A model generated the notes under the pieces. That model searched no databases. It worked only from the letters and a program-made list of their open reading frames with translations, and was not told the origin of the DNA. Shown here piece after piece: positions 13,721-27,022 of a stretch of DNA of 64,000 nucleotides (its first letter is position 1; every line of letters starts with the position of its first letter). Made by a program: the position numbers and the translations under genes. This DNA is from Chrysomallon squamiferum (lineage: Eukaryota; Animalia; Mollusca): the NCBI GenBank assembly GCA_012295275.1, contig CM022678.1:5890001-5954000 (forward strand), in the 5' to 3' direction.

Positions 13721-14390
13721 CTGTGTGAACCAGAATAAGAAATTCAATGTTAGATTTTAATTTTTTTTTTTTTTTTTTTTTTTTTTTTGTTTAAAACAGT
13801 TTCTTTTTCAGAGAAAAATATGCAGATGATAAGTTTTTATGCGAAATGATTGATGTATCGTAATTTATTTATTGTGCAGACAGATAGGCAATATACATAC
13901 ATACAAAAAAAAAAGAAGAAAAAAAGAGAAAGACATTAAATATTTACTATTTTTCTGAATGTCTGATTGACTCTGTGTGTATCTCTGTGTGTGTGTGTGT
14001 GCGTGTCTAATTATCTATCTATTTATTTATACAATATGTATTTATGTATGTGTGTGTGTGTGTAATATATATAAATATAAATATATAAATATATATATAT
14101 ATAAAAAAAAAATTACACAGGTAATGTATCATCTGAAACACAATACAGTATTTGTATACAAATGTAGACAGACACAAAGACAGACAGACAGATTTTCTTT
14201 TTTTAAAGTCTACTATCACACAAGAAAGACCAAAAAAACAACCTGTGCAATATGAAGTAATTTAAAATGTCTTTGCTATTATCACTGTTGTAAGCAAATA
14301 ACAAAAACAAGAAATTAAAAATTTATAAAAAAAAAAAAAAAATTAAATTTAACAGATAACAAGAAATTATTAAACTTTTTATATATCAAC

Positions 14391-14542
14391 CTGTTTCCAC
14401 AAACGCACAACAGCAGCAGCACCACAGCTACTATGGCGGCAGCAACGCCAACAACAGCCGTGACGGCAACATCGTCAATCTGCGTCACTTCTTCAGCAAC
14501 ACCCAGCAACTTCCTGCCCCATGGCCTCATGGGAGCATCCAT
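14391..14542 (-). CDS. PAG1/Cbp-like transmembrane adaptor, coding exon 1 (short ectodomain, TM helix, CxC)
   Basis: ATG at 14542 follows acceptor TTGCAG/CAG. Encodes MDAPMRPWGRKLLGVAEEVTQIDDVAVTAVVGVAAAIVAVVLLLLCVCGN. Donor AG|GTTGAT, phase 2. Confidence 0.8.
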
Positions 14543-15168
14543 GACTGCTGCAAAGGCAAACAGATGTATATGCAGACACACATGCACACACATGCACACA
14601 CACACACACACACACACTAATATAATATTTTTGCTTTTGATTATTCTTTGGCGTAAAAATATCACCACCTTAATCCTGAACAAAACTTAAACAAAATGCA
14701 TTTTTTACCCAGGAAAGACACAAACAAAAGGTGAACACTGATGTTGTTGTTCTAAAATAATTTTAAAAAAAAAGTTTTTCCAACATATTATGACAATTGA
14801 AATAATTATTAAAACAGTTTTCTTAAATACTGCCTCAAATAAATAAAAAAAAAAAATTAAAATTTATACGAGAAAATTGATATACTTGAAACATACTCGA
14901 AAGCACAATAAGACAAACAAAAAGATAAAGAAAAAAAAAACGTACCAGAAAACCATTTAACTTATTTCCATTGTCAGTAAGCTGAACCTGTAAATAGAAT
15001 AAAAATATATATTTACAACAGATGTGCAGTAAGAGAAAGAAAAAGACAGATTGAGTGATGTGTATTTATTTACACAGACTAGTTGACAAATAGACAAAAA
15101 CAAAGAATGAAAGAGAACAAGATTAATATGGATTTGGATAGAGCTATAGATGGATAGATTTGACAGAT

Positions 15169-15200
<32 letters not shown>

Positions 15201-15669
15201 CCAGATATATTTAGATATATATGTAGACACACACACATATACACACACACACAAACACACACACACACACACACACACATACACACATATATACAGATAC
15301 AGACAGACATAGAAAGATACAGATTTAGACAGATAGATAAACAGATAAACAGATATATAAACAGACACACATACACACGCACACAGATACATACATACAT
15401 ACATACATACACAAGTAGAGAGATAACTTACAAAGCCATATACATTACAACAACGTTATGCAATAACAAATAACACAAACACTGTGCCCCAGAACACCAA
15501 ACAATAAACTAGGAAGATTTCTGTGATAAGCCTGCAGAGAGTGACGCACCTCTGTTTATAAATACAGAGCCATGACAAGAAGGACACGCCCGATAATGTT
15601 ACCTGTATTGATAATAGATGATTCAGAATTATTTGTCCTCAATACCGAGGCAAAAGGACTTAAAAATGT

Positions 15670-15738
15670 AACGATATATTCACTGTTGAGTAATATATAC
15701 TCTGGAATTCTTATTTATATTTTCAAAATATTATATTA

Positions 15739-15804
<66 letters not shown>

Positions 15805-16290
15805 TACACACATAATATAATATTTTAATATATATATCTATTAAAATATAACTATAATATCATTGTTTTATTTATATTATATAGATAATACTCTGGTATT
15901 ATTATTTTTGTTTTTAATATTATGTTTATATAAAATATAACTATATATTCACTGTTGTATAATATATACTCTGGAACTATTATTTTTATTTTTTAAATAT
16001 TATATTATATATATATATCTATTAAAATATAACTATAATAACATTGTTTTATTTATATTATACTCTGGTATTATTATTTTTGTTTTTAATATTATGTTTA
16101 TATAAAATATAACTATATATTAACTGTTGTATAATATATACTCTGGAACTATTATTTTTATTTCTAAAATATTATATTATATATATATATCTATTAAAAT
16201 ATAACTATAATATCATTGTTTTATTTATATTAAATAGATAAAACTCTGGTATTATTATAATTCTTTTTAATATTATATTTATATATATAA
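15670..16290. repeat. ~170-180-bp AT-rich tandem repeat (about 3.5 copies)
   Basis: TAATATATACTCTGGAA(C/T)T at ~15691, 15960, 16132, and CTATTAAAATATAACTATAAT at ~15838, 16019, 16191. Confidence 0.85.
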
Positions 16291-17313
16291 AAACGAACTC
16301 TGTGAAAACTGGCATAATATTTTCAAAGTCCCGTCCAGCTATCATTAATCTATTACGAACGAAACCTCATCTAACCAAAACGCTGTCTATTTCAGATTCC
16401 ACATGTGTAAATTGCAGAACAAAAGAACAATTTATAATTATAGTAATCAGCATCGTCAACATCAGCACACAAATTTGCAAGTACGATCACTTCTTAAACA
16501 ACAGCAGCAATTTGCACGTAATGAGACTACCATGTGAGATGAAATGATCAAAATGAACAATGATGCCAAACTTCTTCTAATTACTACATGCAGCTAAATG
16601 AAGGAAAAATTAGTATTAGTGTGTGTTGATATGCAAGTGAATTCACTCATTTAGATTCAGTGTCAAAAGGAGAAGTCTGAATAAATACATATGGAGCACA
16701 TTTTGAACTGACTTACTAAATTCCATCTTAACGCTAGAGCAACCTAAAATACTGCAAACGTATCAAAAGATTTAACTAAGAGCTTTAAAAGATTTAGAAA
16801 AAGACAGACAGTATCTGACAGTTTAAAACACAGTGACTGCTACTGGCAATTGTAAGAAACCAACATTTTGGCAGAGAGGAAACAAGTAACGACTGGCAAA
16901 TAAGAAAAACTGAGTGGATTGAAGAAACACAGAGCAAGTGAAGGGCTGATGTTCTTAGATTGATAAAACAAATGAAATCTTTTGATACTGAAAACAGACT
17001 TTTGCAACTGATGTTAAACATGGAAGCCATGACAGAGGAGTTTCCTTGGGAGACAAAAAAGAAGAAAAAAAAAATGCATTTATCAATGACAGACTATTTC
17101 TCAGTTGATACTTGATAGATGTTTAATTTGTAACATTTGTAATAAAACCTATTCCAATTTCATGTCATTTTAATCTTTACAGTAATTGTGTGTGTCTGTG
17201 TATGTCTGTTAGTGTGTGTGTGATTGTGTTGTTGTATTTTTACAATAATGGAGGATCTGTGATATCAGAAAGTTATTCAATTAATACTCTGTTGTTTTGT
17301 TGTAGTTCTTGTT

Positions 17314-17356
<43 letters not shown>

Positions 17357-19135
17357 TTTTTTTTTTATTATTATTTTTTGTATATTTATTAATTTTATTT
17401 TTTTATTCATTTTATATTTATTTTGTTGTTCAATAATAGAAAGACATTCTACGATTTACTAATTACTGAAGTTTTTAAAATTCCAAAATCACAACGAACA
17501 TTTCTAACTGCAATGCTATTTTACTTTTCAGTTCTAGAGCCATGACTGTACGGGTTTCAATTAACAGGATGTGATTTAACAAATGCTTAAACTATAAAAC
17601 AGTTCCATTCTGCTGTAAACATGAGCTATAAATACCCAACACTTCATTATGAAGAGTTTGATACTGCAAAGATTTTAAAACTGGGTCACGTTACTAAAAA
17701 TATGACTAGCGTGGTGTAATTTGAGATGAATGACAACAGACTCCATTGCTGAAACAGGAAAGAAAGACAAAAAGGAAGGAAAAAAGGTTTTATTTATAAC
17801 AATAGATCGAATGCCTTTGTAAACTGCCGTTTAATTTGGTATAATTCTTATTGTTTGGGACAATTCAGCTGACAACAGGAAATCTGACTTCAGCTGCTTT
17901 GTATTATTAGCAGAAAGAATTTTTTTTTTTTATAGGATCTTCTCATAAACAGAAAAACACATACTACAGCATTTGATTAACCTGTCGTGGGGGGCAGTCG
18001 TTGGAATGGGAAAGAAGCCAAATGTAAGAACTGTGAAGAATTGATTATAGAAGTTTATTAGACCGATAAAGACAAAGTGCAGTTGTGAATCACTCAGCTT
18101 TAGATAGACTCTGACAAACTTAAGAGTGAATTCTGAAAATTGTTGTTGTCACTGAAGAAAATTTCTAAAAGATAGCAGATAATTAAAAAATAATAATAAT
18201 AATTAAATAATTAATTAAGTAATCAACAAAATAAAATAAAGGATGCACACATGTGTTGGGAAAAATTTCTAAAAAATAAAAAGTTTGGTTTTATTGCGGT
18301 TTTTAAGTTTACATAACTGATAAATCGTAGGAGTGTGGAAATCGTTAGATTTTTTAACACATGTCCAGTTTAACAAGGATCTGGTTTAGAAAATGTCCAG
18401 TTTAATGAGGGTCTGGTTCTGAAAAGTTTCCAAATATATTTCTACACACTGTTTTTTTTTTTTTACAGACACCAAATCCTGCTCTCTCTAAGTGCAATTT
18501 CCCCCCCACTACAATCTGTTATGATCTAAATTGTCAAAGTGTTGTTACTGTTGACAGCAACTTAAAAAAACAGGGCAAAACAAGAGGCCCTACAGAATGA
18601 CTTTAAAAAATCTATTTTTGTAATGGTGTCCTTATTTTCTTTTATTTCATTATTAAAAAAAATTGTTAGTATTGTTAATATTATTACAAAAAATAAAAAA
18701 ATAAAATAATAAAAAATATTATTATTATTATTATTTGTATTTTTATTACTATTACATATATTAATATCAGTATTATTACTGTTATTATTATTATTATTAT
18801 TTGTATTTTTATTACTATTACATGTATTAATACAGTTATTATTACTATTATTATTATTATTATTATTACTACTACCACTACCACTATTATCATTATTTTC
18901 ATTTTTTGTTTTGTTAATAGATTATAAAAACACAGAAGAAATAAAACCATCATTAATTTCAGTTTTCCTAAGGCCACTGCAACTGCAGCATTGGCAACAA
19001 GATCTAATAAAACTGAGTTATTTATGTTTATTTTTTGAATATTATTTAATGCTGAAGGATGGTCTGTTTTTCTCACTTTCATCACAAAACATTACAGAAT
19101 TATATTTTTCTGATTCGGCTATTATTATTCTTTTC

Positions 19136-19176
<41 letters not shown>

Positions 19177-19495
19177 AATAAAGTGAATCATACAAAGCTT
19201 TTGAGAGGAAGTATCAAAAAAACTATTAACAGAAGTCTTCCAAACAAACCTGAAACATTTTGTATAGCAGAATCTATATAGCTTTATGCATACAGTGCAA
19301 TACAAGGCACTATTTTTTTAATAATAACAGAAGAATTTATATGTACTGCATAGGCCATTTTAAAAGTATCTAAAGCCACATATTTAAAAATATTTAAATC
19401 ATAAGAAGGAATATTTTTGTGTCCAAATACATCATTTTATTATTAATCTTTCTAAACTTTCAAACCTCAGAATGGGAGTGCTATTTCTGACTTGA

Positions 19496-19532
<37 letters not shown>

Positions 19533-19929
19533 ATAATTCACCATTTTCTATTTTTTAATAAATACCATTCTCGACTGTTAAACATTTAAATACTTTAGTA
19601 ACCAAATTTATAGCATGACAACAAAAAACAGAAGTCTGCCATATAATAATTTAAAAATAAATGTAAAAGAAAAATCAATGAAGCAACCATTAATTTTCTT
19701 TTACGAGAAAAATGTTTAATTTAATAAGAAGAACTTGAACAACCGAGATGTTTTATTATTATAGGCAATTTAAAAATAAAAATAAAATAATAATCGTTAA
19801 CCAAGAATAAAGTAACATAAAAACTATCTATATATGATGAGTTTTTTAATGACACTGATAATATAAAACACACCCCAAAACAAAGAAATTAAATATTGGT
19901 TCTTAGTGAACATGAACTTACATTAATGT

Positions 19930-20290
19930 TAGAGGTCGCCACGTTTAAAATCAGTGCTTGCGTTTCATAAAAATGCGATGCATATTGCTCTTGAAATGTA
20001 GATATTTATCCTTTCAGAATGCAACAAACACTCACTATCAACAACAATAAAATAGTGTGTTGGTGACAACTCGAGTTACTGCAAAACAACAAACCCGGAA
20101 ATATTGGAAATACACAAATAATTTGAACTGTGACGCTTTACCGATTCTCAGCGAAATTCAGTCCATCAAGGGACGTTACTCTAATGTATTAAAACGGATA
20201 ATGAGGCGATAAGTTCGCAATTCTGAATGTACATTCGATTCGAATAATATCGGCGCCGAAACAAGCAGGAAGACTTCCTTAATCCAAGTA
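19930..20290 (-). promoter_or_regulatory. Putative promoter/non-coding first exon of the PAG1-like gene
   Basis: Local CpG enrichment in otherwise CpG-poor DNA, a CCGGAA ETS-type core, and minus-strand donor-like sites (G|GTAAAG near 20140, A|GTGAGT near 20033). Coding exon 1 is preceded by an acceptor, so an upstream exon is required. Confidence 0.35.
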
Positions 20291-21108
20291 TAACTATTGT
20301 TGTTGATTTTTCTTTGGTATAAAAAATAGTCCAGGCTGTCAGACTACCTATTTATGTACAAAAAATAAAAATAATAAAAAAAAATAAAAAATAAAAATCA
20401 AACACTGAATCTATGCCCATTTGGCAGAAGTGCGCATTATATTCTGTGCAAAATAGTCGATCAATTTATGTATTACAAATTTAGTGTTATAAGCAAATTC
20501 AAACGTAATTAAAATGACAATCACTTAGTGCAGAAGGGTCGAACTGGCCTTTTATCTACATAGATTTACAACTTTGGAAATCATTTTATTCATGTTTTCC
20601 CTCAGCATAGCAACCTGATACCGTTTCACTGTATTTTTTTGTTTGTTCTGTCACATTATATTATTTAAATTGTTTATTTATTTATAATAATATTATGGCA
20701 GTAAACGTTTGAATATTTAAAATTTATCTTTATTGTAAAATCCTTCAATACTGATGTGTTGTATCACTGACAATTTGGAGCAGTGCAATAACTAAACAAA
20801 ACGTATTTGGTATACTTTGTAGCAATCATTTCGTGCTTATTTTTATGCTAGAAATAGATATATTTTGTATGCCTTCAGACATTATTTTTTTTTGGTCAGA
20901 TTGTACCAGTAGCAATGTAAATGAACTGATTATAATTTGCATACTTCCAAATGATTGATTATTAGTCAACCTTTATTATTAACAATGTATAACATGCAGG
21001 CATAAATGTTCCTTTGAGGCATAAATGTTAATTTTGAGTTTGCATTATCTTTATAAGAACCTAATACTTTTTTCTTTGCCTTGTAATACAGATAATCAAT
21101 TAAAAACG

Positions 21109-21139
<31 letters not shown>

Positions 21140-21587
21140 TATATTAATAAGTAATGGAATTTATCTTTTAAAAAAAGCAAACATACAGAAAACATATAAG
21201 ATGATCAACATTTTATTCACATTTGTTAGATAACAATGAAAAAAACTAAATGATCATCATTTATTTCAATTCTCATAACAGTTTTGAAAAAAAAAAACAG
21301 AAAAAAAAACCAACAAGGTTTTGCACACCTAATCTCCTCATTTTTCACCAACATATTTCATTGTTACTAGACTTCAAATTTCAGAAAAAAAATTTTAATC
21401 CTTAAATAGTTAGAAAGTTTTATCCTGAGATAATGACCAATTGGCCAGCAACAAACACTTTTTTAAAATGTGGTTTTCTTAAACTGTCATCATTTGTGGA
21501 ATCATGGGACGAAATAATTCATTCAACAGAAAACTTGAAATTTGTTTTCATTATCCGATTCCAAAATGCATCTTCACGAAAGTAGTA

Positions 21588-21652
21588 TTATTTGAATAAA
21601 TAATAAAAAAAAAAAAAAAAAAAAAAATTTGAGTAAAAAAAAAATCCCCCCC

Positions 21653-21683
<31 letters not shown>

Positions 21684-22529
21684 CCCGATGAAATACAGAA
21701 TCATCATCATCATCCCATCGAACACATCTATCAAGTCCACAAAGATGGCGTCCGAGAGTTTGATCACTTCGACATTGATGTCGCTACGACCGAGAGACTT
21801 AAAAACGTTTAAGAGTCTTTTTCTAGATTCGCACTGATTGGGCCAGTCGAGAGGAGCCCGAGCCTCCTCCGTGAACGAACTGGCGCACGTGAGCCGCAGC
21901 TTCTGCATCGTCCTCACTTTGGCGCACGCACGCACCAGGTCCAGCTGCGTGTCGGGCATGATGATGTTGGCAGAAATGTCCAACATCTTCAACTGGGTCA
22001 TCACATTAGAAAGAGTCCTGCAGAATTCGGGCACAGACGCGTCGGGAAGCTGGTTCTGCGACAGGTTGAGAACGCAGAGTTTCGGGAAATGCTTCATGAT
22101 GGACAGGAGGTAAGTGGGAGCGATGCGGCCCATGTCGAACATGCTGAACTGACACAGCTTGCTGACGTTCAGCTCCCGCAAGTGCGTCGCGTGTTTGGAA
22201 CGGGCTAGACAGTCCAAGTCCTGTTCGTTGAGATCGCAGCCTCGGAGGCTGAGGAATTCCAGGGGTCTGTGCAGGGAGTCCAGCACCTCGCCCAGACAGC
22301 CGATCATGTAGTTGAAACCCAAGTCCAGTCTGACGAGATGCCGGAAACACTGCAACGTTTCTCCGATCTGTTTGCGACCGGACGTCCTGCTGCGTGTTTT
22401 GCCTTCCTGAAGATAAATGTTGCAGTCCTGAAGGTCCAGCGCCCGAAGTTGAGAGAACTTTTTGAGATCGGAGGCAATGATGAAGAAAACGTTCTCTTCC
22501 AACTGACGTAATGATATTCCTTCTAGAGT
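21588..22529 (-). CDS. LRRC14: LRRC14-like, terminal exon (RI-like leucine-rich repeats)
   Basis: LRALDLQDC, LVRLDLGFN, LEFLSLRGCDL, LRELNVS, LCVLNLSQNQL and LKMLDISAN repeats. TTTCAG acceptor, phase 0. The last ~40 codons run into poly-T and are doubtful. Confidence 0.85.
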
Positions 22530-23193
22530 CTGAAATGAAAGGTTAAAAATAAAACAATTTTTAAAACAGAAATAAATAATACAAAAAAAAAAAAAAAAAA
22601 AAAAGAGTAAAAAAAATAAGTATTAAAAAAAAAAAAAAAAAAAATTAAAACAAATGCATACTAAAATAAATAGAAACAAAATTTAGAAGAAATAATTAAA
22701 ACAAAATTAAAAAAAAAGGAAGTAAAAAATACAAATATATAAACGAGTAATGATAACTTCCAAGATGTACTTCAGGTATGTAATAATACTTCAGTTTCGC
22801 TTCAAAATCAAACTAATAACTGTACGTAAGTCTACTGGTGTGTAATATTTACACTGAAATCTGTGGTTTGGGTTGAGGTCATGTTTTAGGTAATAACTGT
22901 CATTAAATCTACCACTGCCATTCCATGAGCTATAGTTTAACAAGAAGCAAATTTTGTTTCAATATGTACATGCAGAAAACAGAGCAGAGGCTGGATTGGG
23001 AAATGATCCACTGGATGAATACAGAGAGATCATTCCTAAACTACCAGTTTTCATGTGAACTTAATACCACCGTCATTCACTTAGCAAATTACAAAATACT
23101 GCTCATGTAAATTTACTGCCGTTCATTATTTTTCTTCTTGGAGAATTAATCATGCACAAAAACTGAACATAAACAAAGCAAGACAGCACATAC

Positions 23194-23269
23194 CTCCACC
23201 TCTTGGCCCCTGAGAACAATAAAAGGTGCTAAAGAATCAATGATTTCATCTCCTAGCTGAAGCTCTGAT
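23194..23269 (-). CDS. LRRC14: LRRC14-like, exon F
   Basis: CTGTTGCAG acceptor and GAG|GTATGT donor; phase 2->0. Encodes SELQLGDEIIDSLAPFIVLRGQEVE. Confidence 0.75.
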
Positions 23270-24284
23270 CTGCAACAGAAGTTTGTTAAGAAATTAAATT
23301 CTAGTTTTGGGTATTTCATATTTTAATTCTTGTTTTTACCCTTTACTGATATTTCTTTCTTTTTCTCCTTCATATCTATGAATCTCTGATAAATCATAAA
23401 TGAAGGAAGATGTATCACACAAGCTGTTTTGAACATTTTACTCAATAATTTTCAAATGATGACATCTGCATGCATAAACAACATAAACCATAAAATAAAA
23501 ATACATGAAAAAGACTTAATTTATATTTTATTTTATTTTATTTTATTTTATTTCATAAAGAGAGAAAATTTCAGTGAGCGATTTCAAAAACATCTTAGAA
23601 AATAGTTGGCCCATCTTTAACAGGCTGAAAAGAACGAAAACTTTCCTTTATCAGAAAAATGGCCACAGAGGCGTGCATGTAAAATGACTTTTTGCTTTTT
23701 AACACAAAAACAATTTTAATATAATTTTATGAAAGATGCATCTTTGTACTTTGTAATGTTTGCCATAAAATAATCCAACAGCTGCAAGATTAAGTTCTAA
23801 AATTATGTGCATGTATAATTTTTTAATTTTATTTTCATTCAAAATAATTGGTTCTTTTTTATTTTTTTATTTTTTTTAATTTTTTTAAATTACATTTTTC
23901 AGACCATTATTATGCATATTTAAACAAAACATGTCTATCACATCAAGATTAAAATTTCAATAATTAATTGGTAATTAAATCGTACATCAGTAAAACACCA
24001 AATTATCATTTTGTTCATTAATTAAAAGGCAAAACACACATCAACAACACATTACATCAACATTTCTTATCTTTCTCTTCTACATGGAATAATAAAAAAT
24101 AGGAAAAATAAAATGAAATTTCTAGAACTAAAAATACTAATAAAATATGGTCAAAAATTATAATCAATTTTTTCTAAAAGTAAAAAAATAAATAAAATTA
24201 TAATGAATTATCAAAAGGAAAAAAATTATAATGAAAAATTTTCAAAAAGTAAAAATAATAATAAAAATATAAAAAATTATAATG

Positions 24285-24431
24285 ATATGGAAAAAAAATA
24301 AAATTGGAAATGTACAAAGGAGTAATAATAAAAATATGAAAAAAATTACTGATCAAATAGTCCATGAAGAATGCATTGTTAGTATGAAAAAATTATAATG
24401 AGACTGTCTATTTTGACAACCATTCTCTCAC
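24285..24431 (-). CDS. LRRC14: LRRC14-like, exon E (frameshifted/corrupted; 3' boundary uncertain)
   Basis: Good acceptor TTTTTACAG, phase 1, reads GERMVVKIDSL, then in-frame TAA at 24379-24381. A shifted frame continues TNNAFFMDYLISN...ITPLYIS. No clear donor. Confidence 0.5.
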
Positions 24432-25464
24432 CTGTAAAAAATAATAAATACAGGTAATTTCAGAAAATATGTAATCAGGAGAATAAAAAAAAATGTAATT
24501 AAAAATTTTTAAAATTAAAAAAGAGTATTTAATGAAATCTAAAAACATTTTAGCATAAATGATTGTAGGGTATCAAAAATATTAAAATGATGTATTTAAA
24601 GATATCTCAAAAGATTTTACATTTAATGATTATTAGATTTCAAAAACTAGTTTTGGTATACTAATATATATTTTTAAAATTAAAAAAGAGTCCAATTCTA
24701 TGTTATCATAAATGGTTAATCATCAGTTGACAGGTACATCAAAAGATTTTGCAGACAGGACAGTACATACCACAGCTTTTGATACATAAATTTATGTATA
24801 AAATTAACAAGTTTTTACACAGACAAGACAGTACAAACCACAGCTTTTGATTATATATTATTCAGCATGTTCATTTTAGAAATCTGCTACTATAAAGCCA
24901 GTACTGCTGAATGAAGGATTATTTACCTATGAATGTAGACACAGTAAATAAACTAATGAGCAATGCCTATTAAAATACCAGTGTGAACATTGTGATTTCT
25001 TGCAAATGATATTATTCATGATGAAAAAAAAAAACCAAAATAAATTAATGAACTATGCCTTTTTTGAATACTGATGTTTACACTAATATTCCTTATCATT
25101 CATGATTAAAAACACTAAAATAAAAATAAATTAATGAGCTACGTCTTTTTGAATACTGGTATGTACGTTAACACTCCTCATCAGTGATATCATTCGTGAT
25201 AGAATTAATACAAAAAATAAATTAATTTAAATGAATTTTTGATTGCAATACACATCCTGGAATTTAAGCACATCACTACCAAGGATTTCATTCATAATAA
25301 AAAAAAATACAAAAACTTAAATACATTAATGAACAATACATTTTTGAATGTAATACGTTAACTGCTGTTCAACCAAACAGTTTCCTAGGGTTTCATTCAT
25401 ACCAAAAAAATTTCAAAAACAAAAAAATAAATAAATGGCTTATTTTTTTGTTTATCCACGATAC

Positions 25465-25572
25465 CTTTTGGAATGTTGATGCGGACGTTGCAATGTTTCA
25501 CCATGTCGTTGCCGAGGATTTCATTCAGTAACCGTGGAAGCACTTCTTCTGTAAGCCGAGTTGCTTCGACGC
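25465..25572 (-). CDS. LRRC14: LRRC14-like, exon D
   Basis: TTTCAG acceptor and G|GTATCG donor; phase 1->1. Encodes VEATRLTEEVLPRLLNEILGNDMVKHCNVRINIPK. Confidence 0.75.
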
Positions 25573-25759
25573 CTGAAATCAACAGACTGATCTTAACAAT
25601 AGGGATTATCAAGGGATTAAGGAAGTTCTATGCTGATTATTAAGTGTTTAGTATTATTACCAATGTTCTTGTGCTCCATGAGCTTTTCATGAATTTTGCA
25701 GTCCTGAAGAAATATTTTATTTTTATTGTCTTCGTTAGAGAGGGAAGAAAACTTCACAA

Positions 25760-26010
25760 TCTCAGAATAGTGGAATAGTGTGTATTTAGATACCCAATAT
25801 ATTAATTTCTGAATAGAGGAATAGTATGTTTATAGACCCCATATTTGCTAATTTCAGAATAGTGGAACAGTGTGTGTTTAGATACCTAATATCTATATAT
25901 CTGAATAGTGAAATAGTATGCGTACAGACCCCACTTTTACTAATCTTAGACACCTAAATTACTAATTTTAGAATAGTGGAATAGTGTTTTTATACCCCAT
26001 AATGATTAAT
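25760..26010. repeat. Degenerate ~50-bp tandem repeat (GAATAGTGGAATAGTGTG)
   Basis: 5 copies. Confidence 0.8.
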
Positions 26011-26270
26011 TTCACTTCCCAAGTACAGGTAAAAGACCCACGTTAATGACTACCAAATCACGAGTTAGTATATTTCTTTTAAACCATCTCTGTATACTTT
26101 GAACATCAGCACTAATGGTTTATTACATGTTAAAACAAACAAACAAACAAATAAAACAAATTTTGTCTTACAAAGCGAAAGTAGCACGGATAAAATAAGA
26201 CAGCCATATGCACATATCCAGAGGTAGGAAAGTTATTTTATTTACTGACAAGATGACAAGTTTGACATAC

Positions 26271-26375
26271 CTGCAGTCTTAGCAATGACCTTGGCTAACC
26301 GTTTAGGATTCAGCTGACTTTTCTTCAGTGACATGACAGGCCACATCTGCACAACAAGCTTGCTGAATGTGGCAT
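26271..26375 (-). CDS. LRRC14: LRRC14-like, exon C
   Basis: TTTCAG acceptor and G|GTATGT donor; phase 1->1. Encodes ATFSKLVVQMWPVMSLKKSQLNPKRLAKVIAKTA. Confidence 0.75.
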
Positions 26376-26882
26376 CTGAAATGAGTGTAAACATCTAGTT
26401 AAATCTACAGTTTTATCCACACCTTATTAACAATATATGCAGACGTTAAATGTTGTATCTTTATAAAAATTTAGCTGAATACAGATATAATACACAGATA
26501 ACTAACTGGATTTATCAAACACAATACTTGTTAACTCAATGAAATGGAATTTCTTCGAATATCTTTTTTTCTTTTTTTATTCTTATTTATTGAAATGATG
26601 AAAACAAAAAGATTTCTCCAGCTTTGTAATTCTAATAAAAACTACTTGGCTAGTAATAGTAATATAAATACATATATATATAAAAATAATAATAATAATA
26701 ATGATAATAAATAAAAATGTTTTTTTAATTAAAAAGTAAACACATTTTTTTTAACATATCTTATTCTTATTATTTAAATAAAATTCTGAAAATAATCGCT
26801 TTTAAAAATTTACTCAGTAAAACATACACTGACAATTATTAATATAAAAATATTAATATACAATTATCGAAAGAATTCTTAC

Positions 26883-27022
26883 TTAATTTGAAGCCTCTCA
26901 TGTCCAAACATTTCAGTTTGCAGGCTTTTGTTCGAAAAATCACTCCCCTGAATATCACAAGATCGAATCCCAGCTCTTCTTCAAAAATTCCAATATGGCG
27001 GTCGCCCAGTACTTCTTGAAGT
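26883..27022 (-). CDS. LRRC14: LRRC14-like, exon B
   Basis: Phase 2->1, donor A|GTAAGA. ...RTKACKLKCLDMRGFKL resembles the KLxxLDL motif of PRAME/LRRC14. Confidence 0.8.

Noticed and set aside
18340-18455. Short direct repeats (ATGTCCAGTTTAA x2) resembling a Tc1/pogo-type MITE end
   Set aside because: No matching inverted end or target-site duplication found; too degraded to call.
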